From the NCBI GenBank assembly GCA_018646105.1, contig JABGVJ010000099.1, positions 5,387 to 69,386 of the forward strand: a stretch of 64,000 bases of DNA, in the 5' to 3' direction. This document shows positions 19,635-29,160 of this stretch, piece by piece (the stretch's first letter is position 1; every line of letters begins with the position of its first letter). A program made the translations under genes and the position numbers. Below the pieces are notes generated by a model. That model had not been told where the DNA came from, did no database searches, and saw only the letters and a list, made by a program, of their open reading frames with translations. The stretch is from a bacterium (GTDB taxonomy: Bacteria; Margulisbacteria; Marinamargulisbacteria; JABGVJ01).

Positions 19635-20570
19635 ATGAAAAAGATTATTTTTGTTTTGTTATTAATTTTAGGTTTTTCAGGGATATTATGGGCAAATCAG
19701 GTTATTGAAGTAGGAGATACGCTTTCGTTTTATGCTGTGGATGATAAGCAAACAGATTTGATTTTGGGGTCTGTAGTTCAGGATGCGAGTTCTGTGGTTG
19801 ATAAGTTGCATGATAGGGTAGTTTCTAGTAGTGGTGAAGTATATTTGATAAATATTGGTATTTTTAAAGTAGTAGGAAGAACTATTCCAGAAGTTGAAGA
19901 CCTGGTTTTAAGAAAATTAAAAAGACATTATAAGTATGTAGAAGTTAAGGTGCTTTTAAAAAATATTAGATTGAATCGAATTTATGTTTTAGGGGAAGTA
20001 GTAAAACCAGGTCTTTATGAAATACCAGGGTATGACAAAATTAGAAATAAATTGATGAATGTTATTAATTTAGCGGGAGGGTTCAAAACCCAGGCTGATT
20101 TGAAAAATGTTTTAATGATGCGAAAAGGGGGGATTACGCATATCGCTGATTTATATAAGTTAATAAATAAAAATGATTTGAGCCAAAATTTGTCTTTAGA
20201 AGATGGGGATACGATTTTGGTTAAACGTACGTTTGTTAGTATATATATTTTGGGTCAGGTTAATAAGCCAGGAAGTTATCCCTACATACCAGATGCGAAT
20301 TTTATGGATTATCTTTCAGAAGCTGGTGGTTATACTGAAAAAGCTGATACAGGTAATGTTGGAATTGTTAGAAGAAAAAAGGAAAGAGTGGAAGTTTACA
20401 GAATAAGAGCAGATTTATTTAATTTTAATAATGATACTTTGAAATTCGCATTGCAAGAAGGTGATATTGTTTTTGTGCCGAAACATTTTTTTGCAGATTG
20501 GAAAGATATTGGCGCATTCTTAGGACTTGCAAGAAATACGATTTATTTTTATGACATGATTACGAATTAG
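19635..20570 (+). CDS. SLBB-domain polysaccharide export protein (Wza/OPX-like)
   Basis: signal peptide; two SLBB repeats (IYVLGEVVKPGLY, IYILGQVNKPGSY...AGG); first gene of the locus. Confidence 0.85.
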   Translation: MKKIIFVLLLILGFSGILWANQVIEVGDTLSFYAVDDKQTDLILGSVVQDASSVVDKLHDRVVSSSGEVYLINIGIFKVVGRTIPEVEDLVLRKLKRHYKYVEVKVLLKNIRLNRIYVLGEVVKPGLYEIPGYDKIRNKLMNVINLAGGFKTQADLKNVLMMRKGGITHIADLYKLINKNDLSQNLSLEDGDTILVKRTFVSIYILGQVNKPGSYPYIPDANFMDYLSEAGGYTEKADTGNVGIVRRKKERVEVYRIRADLFNFNNDTLKFALQEGDIVFVPKHFFADWKDIGAFLGLARNTIYFYDMITN

Positions 20571-21248
20571 ATGATTGATATTCATAGTCATATTTTGTAC
20601 GGAATTGATGATGGAGCAGAGGCCATAGGGGATTCCGTGAAAATGGCTGTAATATATGAAGTATTAGGTTTTAAAAAAGTATATTGTTCACCGCATGTGA
20701 TGAATTTTTATTATGAAAATGATTTAAACAAAGTGGTGCAAAGATGTGCGGAATTACAAGAAGTTTTAAACAAAGAAAAAATAGAGCTAGAGTTGATACC
20801 TTTTGCAGAAGTTTATTTGGATGAGTCAGTACCCGCAAAGGTAGCGCAAAAAAAATTGCCTGTAATTAATGGTAAATTATTAGTGGAAGGACCTTTAAAT
20901 GAGTGGCCACCTTATTTGGAGGAGATTTTATTTGCGATTAAAATTTACAATGTGTGTCCTATTATCGCACATATAGAAAGAAATCGAGATTTACAAAAAA
21001 ATTTGGCTAAGATTAGGCAATTAAAAGAAGGTGGATGTTTGATCCAAGGAAATATTTTGAGTATAACAGGGTATTATGGGGCATCTGCCAAGCGTTGTTT
21101 TGAGGAATTATTAAAAGCAGATTTATATGATTTTTTAGCCACAGATATGCATAATGCAGAAAATAATGTGGCGATGTATCGAGAGGCAATGGATAAAGCG
21201 AAAAAGTTGGTGGGTGAGCAAGTTAAAGCGTTATTCAAGGAGGTTTAA
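20571..21248 (+). CDS. PHP-family tyrosine-protein phosphatase (CpsB/CapC/YwqE type)
   Basis: MIDIHSHILYGIDDGA, AHIERN, ATDMH. Confidence 0.93.
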   Translation: MIDIHSHILYGIDDGAEAIGDSVKMAVIYEVLGFKKVYCSPHVMNFYYENDLNKVVQRCAELQEVLNKEKIELELIPFAEVYLDESVPAKVAQKKLPVINGKLLVEGPLNEWPPYLEEILFAIKIYNVCPIIAHIERNRDLQKNLAKIRQLKEGGCLIQGNILSITGYYGASAKRCFEELLKADLYDFLATDMHNAENNVAMYREAMDKAKKLVGEQVKALFKEV

Positions 21249-21252
21249 GTAA

Positions 21253-23124
21253 ATGGAAATTTTAGATTATTATTACATGTTTTTAAGAAGAAAATGGGTA
21301 TTTGGACTGGCTTTTGTCTCCTGTATATTGATTATGCTTATTTGGTTAGTTAATGCGACTCCTATTTTTAAGGCTGAGGCGAAGTTGTTGTTTCACGGGT
21401 CGGCGATTGCTAGTATTATGAATATTAGCTCTACAGATGCTACAGCTGACATATCTACTCAAATGGAGCTTATAAAGACAAGACCGATAGCTAAAGCAGT
21501 TGTTCATAAGCTTAAATTAGTGGATGAAGCAGGGAATTTTTGGGATGAAGGTGGTTTGGCAGGAGGGGTTATAGTAGAGGCGGTTAGAGGTACTTCTATT
21601 TTTATGCTTGCATATAGACATAAAAATAGAAAGTTAGTGACTGATATAGTAAATGCGTTTGCGCAAGTAGTGGTTGAGCAAAATAGAGAAGTTAATCGAG
21701 AAGAATATCAATTAGCGATACGTTTTATTGAAACGCAAATTGAGAAACGTAGAGATGGTTTTGAGCGGAGCCAACAAAAATTACTTGATTTTCTAAAACG
21801 GGAAGATTCAGTAGCAGTATCAAAAGAAACAGAAATTCTAGTTGCTCGGTTAGTTTCTTTTACAACGACTGAAGTTGATTTGGCATCAGAAATAGAAGTA
21901 GCTAATGCGAAAATGGTTGCATTAAATAAAAAGATAATACAAATGAGTAACATTAATGCTCCTTTTATTTCACAATGGAAAAACGAAGTTAATCAATTGA
22001 ATATTGGTTTAACAGGATTGAATGCACGTAAAACTTTTTTACAAAATGAGATTCTGGAAATAAAGAATGAAATTAGTAAATTGCCTCCTAAAGAATTGCT
22101 TTATGCGCAATTAGTAAGTGAATCTAATTTTGAGAATAAACTTTTAAATAATCTGTTAATTAAATTAGAAGAGACCAAAATTTTTGAAGCTGCGAAAATA
22201 GCATCTATTAGGATTGTTGAGCCGGCGATTATGCCGAAATCCCCTGTTTTTCCGAATAAAAAGAAAGTTTTACTTTTGGGTATTACTATGGGTTTAATGG
22301 CGGGCGGAGCTTTGGTATTACTTTTGGAATATTTTGATCAAGGTTTAAGAAGTCTGGATGAGGTTAAAGAAATTACAAATTGGGCTAGGCTAGGGGTAAT
22401 ACCTAAAGATAAAGACGATCAAGATTTTGAATATTTGATTACTAAGGCGCATCCCAAATCACCTATTTCGGAAAGTTATCGAGGTTTGCGTACAAATATT
22501 CATTATACGGCTGTGGATAAAGAGATCAAAAGTTTGGTGGTGACTAGTAGCGCGCCGGGAGAAGGAAAAACTACGGTAATGACGAATCTGGCGTTTACCC
22601 AAAGTATTTTAGGTAAAAAAGTTTTATTGATGGATGTGGATCTTCGAAAGCCCAAAACACATAAAAAATTTGGTTTGAAAAATACTGTGGGTTTGACCAG
22701 TGTTTTGGTGGGATCAATAGATTTAGAGAAAGTTATTCAGGAAACGGGTATTCCTAATCTTTTTGTTTTAACTGCAGGGCCGATTCCGCCAAATCCTGCA
22801 GAATTGATTGAGAGTAAGAAGTTTAGTGAAATGTTGGAACAATTAAAAAAAGAGTTTGATTTGGTGTTATTGGATTCACCACCATTTCAGGCAGTAACAG
22901 ACGCAGCGATTCTTTTTAAGAAAGTTGATGGTTATATTTTTGTGGTGGATATAGAAAAAACTACACGAGATTTATTAAAACAAACCTCAGATCATATCAA
23001 GCAAATGAATTTACCGCCATTGGGGTATGTGATTAATAATTTGGCTTTGGATAAGAATAAGTATTATGGGAAGACTTACTATTATCATTATGATTATAAT
23101 AGTAAATCTAAACCAAAGCGGTAA
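21253..23124 (+). CDS. wzc: polysaccharide co-polymerase / tyrosine autokinase
   Basis: two TMs flanking a coiled coil; Walker A SSAPGEGKT, DVDLRKP, LLDSPP; C-terminal Tyr cluster YYGKTYYYHYDY. Confidence 0.94.
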   Translation: MEILDYYYMFLRRKWVFGLAFVSCILIMLIWLVNATPIFKAEAKLLFHGSAIASIMNISSTDATADISTQMELIKTRPIAKAVVHKLKLVDEAGNFWDEGGLAGGVIVEAVRGTSIFMLAYRHKNRKLVTDIVNAFAQVVVEQNREVNREEYQLAIRFIETQIEKRRDGFERSQQKLLDFLKREDSVAVSKETEILVARLVSFTTTEVDLASEIEVANAKMVALNKKIIQMSNINAPFISQWKNEVNQLNIGLTGLNARKTFLQNEILEIKNEISKLPPKELLYAQLVSESNFENKLLNNLLIKLEETKIFEAAKIASIRIVEPAIMPKSPVFPNKKKVLLLGITMGLMAGGALVLLLEYFDQGLRSLDEVKEITNWARLGVIPKDKDDQDFEYLITKAHPKSPISESYRGLRTNIHYTAVDKEIKSLVVTSSAPGEGKTTVMTNLAFTQSILGKKVLLMDVDLRKPKTHKKFGLKNTVGLTSVLVGSIDLEKVIQETGIPNLFVLTAGPIPPNPAELIESKKFSEMLEQLKKEFDLVLLDSPPFQAVTDAAILFKKVDGYIFVVDIEKTTRDLLKQTSDHIKQMNLPPLGYVINNLALDKNKYYGKTYYYHYDYNSKSKPKR

Positions 23125-23170
23125 ATTTTGATTTATGCCTGGTCTAAAATCAAAATTTATTTTGTTTTGA
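23122..23170 (+). terminator. AT-rich hairpin after wzc (possible terminator or processing site)
   Basis: 13-bp inverted repeat TAAATTTTGATTT / AAATCAAAATTTA followed by TTTTGTTTT. Confidence 0.45.
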
Positions 23171-23205
23171 TTTGGATTAAAATTATTTTAATACGGAGTT
23201 AAGCA

Positions 23206-24582
23206 ATGCTGAGAAGATATTCGACGACGATTAGACGAAGTGAATATGTACTTGATTTTTTAATCAATGTTTTGATTTTAGGTGTTTTGATTAAATCATC
23301 GAAATATTTTGAACTTAATTTACATACTATTTTTAGTTTTGCAGTTTTATTTGTAGTAGGTCAGATTTTGATTTTTCGGGTTTTGGGTTTGTATGGGTCC
23401 AGGCGGTTTAGGTCTTTATTGCAACAATTGGTTTTAATTACTACCAGTATTTTAATTCATGCAGTATTGGTAAGTGTTTTTTATGCAGGTGCGCGTTTTT
23501 TCTTGGATTTTTCTTTAATTTCTTATATAAAATTGTTGATGACCTATTATTTAGTAGCGATGCTTTTATATTTAGTCAAAGGTTTGTTAGTGAAAAGTGT
23601 GACTTTTTATTGGCGTACTAGAGGTTATAATTCCAGGTATGTGTTATTGGTAGGGGAAGATGCGTTAGAAGAGGTGGTTTTAGATTTTGAAGAAAATAGT
23701 AAATTAGGCATAGCGATTATTGGATATATAAGTAGTAAGCCATTAACTAATTTTAAATTAACCAATTTTAAATTAAATTATTTGGGAGATTATACTGACT
23801 TTGAGCAGGTTTTGAATAACAAAGTGGTGGATCAGGTGGTTTTAGTGCCGGGTAAAGAGTATCAAGAGCAATATCAAAAAATGATGACTTTGATGAAGTT
23901 GCATGGAAAAGAATTTTATATTTATAAGGTAGAAGATAGTGAGCCATTTAAGCAAAATAGTTGTTTGTTTTGTGACAAAGTTTTTAGAATGAATAAAAGA
24001 ATTTTTGATTTAGTGGTTTCGTTGATTTTATTGTTTTTTTTAGCGCCTTTGTTGTTAGTTGTGGCCTTAGCGATTAAATTAACTTCGTCTGGACCAGTAT
24101 TTTTTAAACAAAAACGGATGGGGAAAAACCGACGTTTGTTTGTTTTATATAAATTCAGGTCAATGTGTGTGGATGCAGATAAAAAGAAAAAAGTCTTGAT
24201 GCAGTTTAATGAAATGCAGGGCCCCGCATTTAAGATGAAAAATGATCCGCGTGTCACTAAAATTGGTAGCTTTTTAAGAAAAACTAGTTTAGATGAATTA
24301 CCTCAATTAATTAATGTTTTGCGAGGTGAGATGTCTTTGGTAGGACCAAGACCGCCGTTGCCGGCAGAAGTAAAGGAATATGATGATTGGCATAATAAAA
24401 GATTGTCTATAAAACCAGGTATTACTTGTATTTGGCAGGTGTCTGGTAGAAATGAAATTCAAGATTTTGATGATTGGGTGAATTTGGATTTGGAATATAT
24501 TAAGACACGGTCGTTTAAACATGATATTAAGTTGTTGTTGAAAACTATTCCGGCGGTGTTTAAGTCTAGGGGGGCTTCTTAG
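23206..24582 (+). CDS. initiating polyprenyl-phosphate sugar phosphotransferase (WcaJ/CpsE-like)
   Basis: N-terminal TMs; KRIFD, YKFRSM, DPRVT, SLDELPQLINV, MSLVGPRP, KPGITCIWQV. Confidence 0.94.
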   Translation: MLRRYSTTIRRSEYVLDFLINVLILGVLIKSSKYFELNLHTIFSFAVLFVVGQILIFRVLGLYGSRRFRSLLQQLVLITTSILIHAVLVSVFYAGARFFLDFSLISYIKLLMTYYLVAMLLYLVKGLLVKSVTFYWRTRGYNSRYVLLVGEDALEEVVLDFEENSKLGIAIIGYISSKPLTNFKLTNFKLNYLGDYTDFEQVLNNKVVDQVVLVPGKEYQEQYQKMMTLMKLHGKEFYIYKVEDSEPFKQNSCLFCDKVFRMNKRIFDLVVSLILLFFLAPLLLVVALAIKLTSSGPVFFKQKRMGKNRRLFVLYKFRSMCVDADKKKKVLMQFNEMQGPAFKMKNDPRVTKIGSFLRKTSLDELPQLINVLRGEMSLVGPRPPLPAEVKEYDDWHNKRLSIKPGITCIWQVSGRNEIQDFDDWVNLDLEYIKTRSFKHDIKLLLKTIPAVFKSRGAS

Positions 24583-24660
24583 GCCTCACCCCCTAACCCC
24601 CTCTCCATATTAATGGAGAGGGGGGATAAAAAAAGAAGGAAAAAGCATAGCTATGAAAAA
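24581..24660. repeat. BoxC/REP-like element, copy 3 (long form spanning the wecB RBS and start)
   Basis: 72/80 identical to 5021-5100. Confidence 0.9.
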
Positions 24661-25768
24661 GGTATTATTTATTTTTGGGACGCGGCCAGAGGCCATAAAG
24701 ATGGCGCCGTTGGTAAAGGCTTTTCAGAAAGATACGCAAAATTTCGAAACCAAGGTTTGTGTTACGGCACAGCATAGATCAATGCTTGATCAGGTTTTGG
24801 ATTTTTTTGAGATTAAGCCTGATTATGATCTGGATTTGATGTTGCCGGGCCAAACACTTTTTGATATTACAGCGCGAGTTTTGAAGGGCTTGGAAAAAGT
24901 TTTGGATGATTGTGAGCCAGAGGTGATTTTTGTACAGGGTGATACGACCACGGTTTTTGTGGGGGCCTTGGCTGGTTTTTATAAAAAAATAAAAATAGCA
25001 CATATTGAAGCGGGTCTTAGAAGTAATAATAAGTATTCACCGTTTCCCGAGGAAATAAACCGTAAGTTAACCGGACATATGACAGATTATCATTTTGCGC
25101 CAACTGAAAAAGCAGTGAAAAGTTTGCGAAAAGAAGGTATTACAGAGAATGTGTGGCAGGTAGGAAATACAGTGATAGACGCTTTGTTTTTGGGGTTAAA
25201 AATTATTAAAGAACAAGGTGAAGATAAGTATTATGATTTTTTTAAAGACATTGATTTTAATAAAAAAATAATTTTAGTAACTAGTCATCGTAGAGAAAGT
25301 TTTGGTAAACCTTTTGAAGAAATATGCGAAGCTATTAAGGAGATTGCTGAAGCATATCCAGCTGTAGAGATCGTGTATCCGGTACATTTAAATCCTAATG
25401 TCCAAAAAACAGTAAAAAGTATTTTAAAAAATATTAAAAATGTACATTTGATAGATCCTTTAAATTACCCTTATTTAATATGGTTAATGCAAAAGGCTTA
25501 TTTGGTTTTAACTGACTCAGGAGGTATACAAGAAGAAGCTCCTTCATTAGGTAAACCGGTTTTAGTTATGCGGGATGTGACGGAACGTATGGAAGGGGTA
25601 GAAGCGGGAACCGCGAAGTTGGTGGGAACAGATAGGCAGTGTATAATAAAAAATGTCACGCAATTATTGGATGATCAAAAAGTATATGCTCAAATGGCGC
25701 AGGCGGTAAATCCTTATGGTGAGGGTACAACATCGCAACAGGTGTTAGAAATTATGAGGGAAATTTGA
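24653..25768 (+). CDS. wecB: UDP-N-acetylglucosamine 2-epimerase (non-hydrolysing)
   Basis: FGTRPEAIKMAP, QGDTTT, HIEAGLRS, PFPEEINR, TDSGGIQEEAPSLGKP. Confidence 0.97.
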   Translation: MKKVLFIFGTRPEAIKMAPLVKAFQKDTQNFETKVCVTAQHRSMLDQVLDFFEIKPDYDLDLMLPGQTLFDITARVLKGLEKVLDDCEPEVIFVQGDTTTVFVGALAGFYKKIKIAHIEAGLRSNNKYSPFPEEINRKLTGHMTDYHFAPTEKAVKSLRKEGITENVWQVGNTVIDALFLGLKIIKEQGEDKYYDFFKDIDFNKKIILVTSHRRESFGKPFEEICEAIKEIAEAYPAVEIVYPVHLNPNVQKTVKSILKNIKNVHLIDPLNYPYLIWLMQKAYLVLTDSGGIQEEAPSLGKPVLVMRDVTERMEGVEAGTAKLVGTDRQCIIKNVTQLLDDQKVYAQMAQAVNPYGEGTTSQQVLEIMREI

Positions 25769-25769
25769 A

Positions 25770-26978
25770 ATGGAAAAAAAAGTTTGTGTATTAGGCCTTG
25801 GATATATAGGGTTACCCACTGCTTCGATTTTGGCTAATAAAGGATATGACGTATTAGGTGTCGATGTGTCCAAAAAGATCGTAGATACGATTAATCGTGG
25901 CGAGATACATATTGTGGAGCCGGATCTTGATGTTTTGGTTAAGTCAGCGGTAAATTCAGGGCAATTAACAGCTTCTCTGAATCCAGCATCTGCAGATATT
26001 TTTTATATTTGTGTGCCAACGCCTTTTAAAGAAGATCATAAGCCAGATATTTCTTATGTTATATCAGCTACGGAAAGTATTTTGCCTTATGTTAAAAAAG
26101 GAAATTTAGTGATTTTAGAATCTACATCTCCACCAAAAACAACTTTAAAAGTTGCAGAAATATTAAAAAAGACCGGCTTTGCCATAGGTGAAGAGGTTTT
26201 TGTTGCGCATGCGCCGGAACGAGTATTGCCGGGGAAAATATTACATGAAGCTATTTATAATGATCGTATTATTGGTGGGATAAATGATAAATCAGCACAA
26301 ATTTGTCAGCAGTTTTATAAAACTTTTGTACAAGGAAATATTTATGTGACAGATTCGGTAACAGCGGAAATGGCAAAGCTTTGTGAAAATTCTTTTCGGG
26401 ATGTGAATATAGCATTTGCGAATGAGCTTTCGATGATTGCTGATAAGCTGGAAATTGATGTGTGGGAATTGATTGATCTGGCAAATAAACATCCTAGGGT
26501 AAATATTTTAAAGCCTGGGCCAGGAGTAGGCGGTCATTGTTTGGCTGTGGATCCCTGGTTTATTGTGGATGCAGTTCCAAAGGAGACTAAATTGATTAGG
26601 ACTGCGCGGGAAATAAATGATTTTAAACCGGATTTTATTCTGGGAAAGATTAAGCAAGCAGCTGCTAAATTTAAAAAGCCAGTGATTGGTTGTTTGGGAT
26701 TAGCTTATAAACCGGATATTGATGATTTGAGAGAGTCTCCGGCGAAAGTGATTGTGCAGAAGTTATTAAAAGAGAAAGTAGGAGAGATTTTGGTTTGTGA
26801 ACCAAATGTAAAAGAAGACGAGGTGGAGAGTATGAAGCTAAGTAGCTTGGTAGAATTGATGGAAAAAGCAGATATTGTGGTAGGGTTGGTAGGGCATAAG
26901 GAGTTTAGGGAGATGGAGAGAAGTGTTCTGGCAGAAAAGATTGTGATAGATGCATGTGGAATGTGGGAGATGATTTGA
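25770..26978 (+). CDS. wecC: UDP-N-acetyl-D-mannosamine dehydrogenase
   Basis: GLGYIGLPTA, PERVLPG, ENSFRDVNIAFANE, GPGVGGHC, DDLRESP; adjacent to wecB. Confidence 0.95.
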   Translation: MEKKVCVLGLGYIGLPTASILANKGYDVLGVDVSKKIVDTINRGEIHIVEPDLDVLVKSAVNSGQLTASLNPASADIFYICVPTPFKEDHKPDISYVISATESILPYVKKGNLVILESTSPPKTTLKVAEILKKTGFAIGEEVFVAHAPERVLPGKILHEAIYNDRIIGGINDKSAQICQQFYKTFVQGNIYVTDSVTAEMAKLCENSFRDVNIAFANELSMIADKLEIDVWELIDLANKHPRVNILKPGPGVGGHCLAVDPWFIVDAVPKETKLIRTAREINDFKPDFILGKIKQAAAKFKKPVIGCLGLAYKPDIDDLRESPAKVIVQKLLKEKVGEILVCEPNVKEDEVESMKLSSLVELMEKADIVVGLVGHKEFREMERSVLAEKIVIDACGMWEMI

Positions 26979-27029
26979 TGGATTATTTTTTGGACGAAAT
27001 GCGTATTGGGTGGGGGTATTACATTTCTA

Positions 27030-27563
27030 TTATATTAATTCCCTTAAATTTTTAATAATTTTAACCTTTTTGTTTTTAAAATAATTTTGCCAATCTAAAA
27101 ACTCAGTGTATTCTGACATAAATACAAAATCAGCTCCAATAGACTTTGCGCTTTCATAATCATATTTACTGTCTCCTATAAAAATAATAGGCGGCTTTAT
27201 TAAACCTGTTTTCAATTCTCTCTTCAAAATTTTAATTTTATTATCAGGACATCCAAATATACCATCAAGGTTAGACGTTAATCCTTTATCTTTAAATATT
27301 TTTCTAAGTTTTGTTTGCAAGCCACCTGAAACAATTATTTTTTTACTATCTGGCGATAATGCTTGTATTAATTCTTTAAACCCTTCTGTTTCCAGGCAAG
27401 CCAGTAATTTTTTTTCTAGAATTAAACTAAAAGTTTGTAAAAGTTTTTTTAAATCATCTTCATATTCTTTTTGTCCTATAATCGTGCTGAAAAAATATTC
27501 TAATTTTTCAAAGCGGGAAATGCCGCCTTCCTTCATATGATACTTTATAAAAAGTTGTGGATA
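27030..27563 (-). pseudogene. 5'-truncated HAD-family hydrolase
   Basis: retains YHxxxGGISRFEK, IVSGG and IFIGDSKYDY, but lacks the N-terminal DxD motif I; in-frame stop 10 codons upstream of ATG 27536. Confidence 0.7.
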
Positions 27564-27625
27564 TTATTAATATAGGAAATACCCATATGCTTACGTGAAA
27601 TGGACTGAAAACCGTAATATGTATG

Positions 27626-28381
27626 CTATTTAATTGAATATTTGTTTTTATATAAACTATCTTTTTCCATTTCTTTTCTTACAAAAATCAAATCTTCCTT
27701 GGTATCTACACTAACAGCTTCACTTTCAACTTTAACCGCTTTAATCTTATATCCTTTTTCTAGTATTCTCAAATATTCATTGTATTCTATTTTTTCTAAT
27801 TTTGTTTTGGGCCATGCTGCATATTGCAATAAAAAAGATTTTCGAAAAGGAACAATGTGATAAGCTTTTAACATTGGCGGGTTAGGAGTTCTGGCACAAG
27901 AGGGGATATCGGCTCTAGATAAATACATAACTTCCATATTTTCATTAACCACCGCCTTTATATCTGATGGCGAATTAACTTTATTATAAGGATTGACTAA
28001 AATTGCGATATTTAGGTTAGAATTTTTCTTTAATTCGACTGTAACAGCATTAATATGATCTGGGTTTACTAAGGCTTCATCTCCTTGAATATTAACAACA
28101 ATTTCGCATTCAATTTCTTTTGCTGCCTCAGCTATCCGATCTGTCCCTGTTTGATGCTCTTTGTTTGTCATAATAGCTTTCCCGCCGTGCGACACAATAA
28201 CGTCATGAATTTCTGAGCTATCTGTTGCAACATAAACCTCATCTAATTCATTTGATAATAGACTTCTCTTGTAAACATGGACTATCATAGGCAATCCACA
28301 TATATCTACAAGAGCTTTTCTAGGAAGACGAGAAGATTCTAATCTCGCCGGAATAATACCAACTGTTTTTTGCTTTTTCAT
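27626..28381 (-). CDS. kdsB: 3-deoxy-manno-octulosonate cytidylyltransferase-like (CMP-ulosonate synthetase)
   Basis: IIPARLESSRLPRKAL, TGTDRIAEA, VNIQGDE, VSVDT; substrate may not be Kdo. Confidence 0.88.
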   Translation of the reverse strand: MKKQKTVGIIPARLESSRLPRKALVDICGLPMIVHVYKRSLLSNELDEVYVATDSSEIHDVIVSHGGKAIMTNKEHQTGTDRIAEAAKEIECEIVVNIQGDEALVNPDHINAVTVELKKNSNLNIAILVNPYNKVNSPSDIKAVVNENMEVMYLSRADIPSCARTPNPPMLKAYHIVPFRKSFLLQYAAWPKTKLEKIEYNEYLRILEKGYKIKAVKVESEAVSVDTKEDLIFVRKEMEKDSLYKNKYSIK

Positions 28382-29160
28382 TATTTAGTCTCCTCTTTAA
28401 ACCATTGCTGTAATTTATTGATTGGCTTAAACAACACGGAACTATCAACATCGTATGTAATAAAATTCATCCCCATATCTAAAAGCCACTTAACATCTTT
28501 TTCTGATTGAGCGACGAAGCCACCAGCATACTTACCTGCTGATACAACTTTTCTCACACCTTCTTTCATAGTTTTTATGACACTAGCATGTTTAACATTT
28601 CCTGGCACGCCTAATGCTTGAGATAAATCGTAAGCACCAAAATAAACCACATCAATTTCTTTTATTTTTAAGATTTCATCAAGATTATTAAGACCCTCTT
28701 GTGACTCAATGATAATAGAAATAATGGTGAAATCGTTGGCTTGAGCCGCATAATTTTCTTTTCCTAAATTTGTAAATCCACCTGCTTTACTAAATGGTGT
28801 ATAACCTCTTTTACCTTGAGGAAAATATTTTACATAATTCACTATTTTTTTTGCAGATGCATAATCATCAACATGTGGGATCATGATGCCATGCACGCCT
28901 TGGTCTAACGCCTGTAAAGCCATCCAATCAGCGTTTGCCGGGATACGCACTATAGGGGTGCAGTTATGCAATTCACAACGGCTCACATAGTCCTGAACAA
29001 GGTCTAATTGAAAAGGCCCATGCTCAAAATCAATAATTAAAAAATCTAATCCTGTGTGCGCAAGCACCTCCGCGGCCATAGGAGACCCCAACGTATTCCA
29101 CATCCCTAAAACAGGCTGGCCTTTGCTCATTTTGTTTTTTAAATAGTTATTTTTAATCAT
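28381..29160 (-). CDS. HpcH/HpaI family class II pyruvate aldolase
   Basis: DFLIIDFEHG, PIVRIP, ALDQG, MIPHV, IIES, YFGAYDLS. Confidence 0.92.
   Translation of the reverse strand: MIKNNYLKNKMSKGQPVLGMWNTLGSPMAAEVLAHTGLDFLIIDFEHGPFQLDLVQDYVSRCELHNCTPIVRIPANADWMALQALDQGVHGIMIPHVDDYASAKKIVNYVKYFPQGKRGYTPFSKAGGFTNLGKENYAAQANDFTIISIIIESQEGLNNLDEILKIKEIDVVYFGAYDLSQALGVPGNVKHASVIKTMKEGVRKVVSAGKYAGGFVAQSEKDVKWLLDMGMNFITYDVDSSVLFKPINKLQQWFKEETK

Noticed and set aside
27626-28381. kdsB as evidence of ordinary LPS Kdo synthesis
   Set aside because: No kdsA, kdsC, kdsD or waaA nearby; context is aldolases within a capsule locus, so the substrate is left open
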